Below, piece by piece: positions 34,795 through 34,940 of a stretch of 34,940 nt of DNA. Origin of the DNA: a virus (lineage: Duplodnaviria > Caudoviricetes). The notes beneath the pieces are model-generated. The model did not search any database, had not been told where the DNA came from, and worked only from the letters and a program-made list of their open reading frames with translations. A program made the position numbers and the translations under genes. Location: positions 1 to 34,940 of IMG/VR virus record IMGVR_UViG_3300030451_004344; one strand, written 5' to 3'. Position 1 is the stretch's first letter. Each line of letters starts with the position of its first letter.

Positions 34795-34940
34795 AAATAG
34801 TCGAAACCCCTTCGGGGGTCTGCAAGGATTGGTCACCTTGTACTGATGAGACAGACCGACAACTTAAATAGGAGAATCAAAATGTCAGAACGATGCGAAG
34901 AAATATACGATTACTTGGTTGACTTTGGTATAGCAACCGA
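34795..34940 (+). repeat. Right cassette flank, copy 2, including the truncated start (34882) of the 627-815 gene
   Basis: Matches 540-685 with one mismatch. Confidence 0.97.
34800..34859 (+). ncRNA. Type II hammerhead ribozyme, second occurrence; predicted cleavage after 34820
   Basis: Identical to 545-604. Confidence 0.93.

Larger units (their letters stand above)
1..34940. mobile_element. Near-complete or complete temperate bacteriophage genome, podovirus-like; unit length 34,375 bp (allele A) or 34,255 bp (allele B)
   Basis: Terminase, portal, scaffold, capsid, ejection proteins, lysin, integrase plus attP and recombination genes; no host housekeeping genes; the ends overlap the same locus (1-78 = 34376-34453; 540-685 = 34795-34940). 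Confidence 0.95.

Noticed and set aside
34110-34860. CRISPR array, integron attC sites or DGR repeats
   Set aside because: Only two distinct hairpin copies, separated by whole genes; no cas or reverse transcriptase gene, no attC R/L boxes, no adenine-specific mismatch pattern.
1-34940. Stop-codon reassignment
   Set aside because: Long genes are intact in the standard code, and TAA, TAG and TGA all terminate well-supported genes.

Overview
The window looks like a complete ~34.3 kb AT-rich temperate phage genome with podovirus-like (P22/T7-type short tail) architecture, read once around the circle. Layout: a short rightward early operon of small acidic proteins (33712-34940, continuing 1-1645); a leftward recombination/replication operon (7856-1690: Sak-like annealase, PD-(D/E)XK exonuclease, replication initiator, SpoVG-fold SSB, NinG-like and other nucleases); a rightward lysogeny module (XRE-HTH/coiled-coil/PAS regulator, attP carrying the 5' half of tRNA-Asn, tyrosine integrase; 7995-9994); and a leftward late operon (33563-9995: terminase, portal, scaffold, capsid, adaptors, fragmented nozzle region, ejection proteins including a 2203-aa polyvalent protein, lysis genes). 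Main points of interest: (1) the two contig ends cover the same locus with identical flanks but two unrelated genes, between a covarying hairpin-RBS element and a complete type II hammerhead ribozyme; (2) the repressor-position protein carries a PAS sensor domain and a likely internal start; (3) attP duplicates the 5' rather than the 3' half of a tRNA. All protein calls come from motif recognition by eye, with no database searches, and the host cannot be determined from this window.
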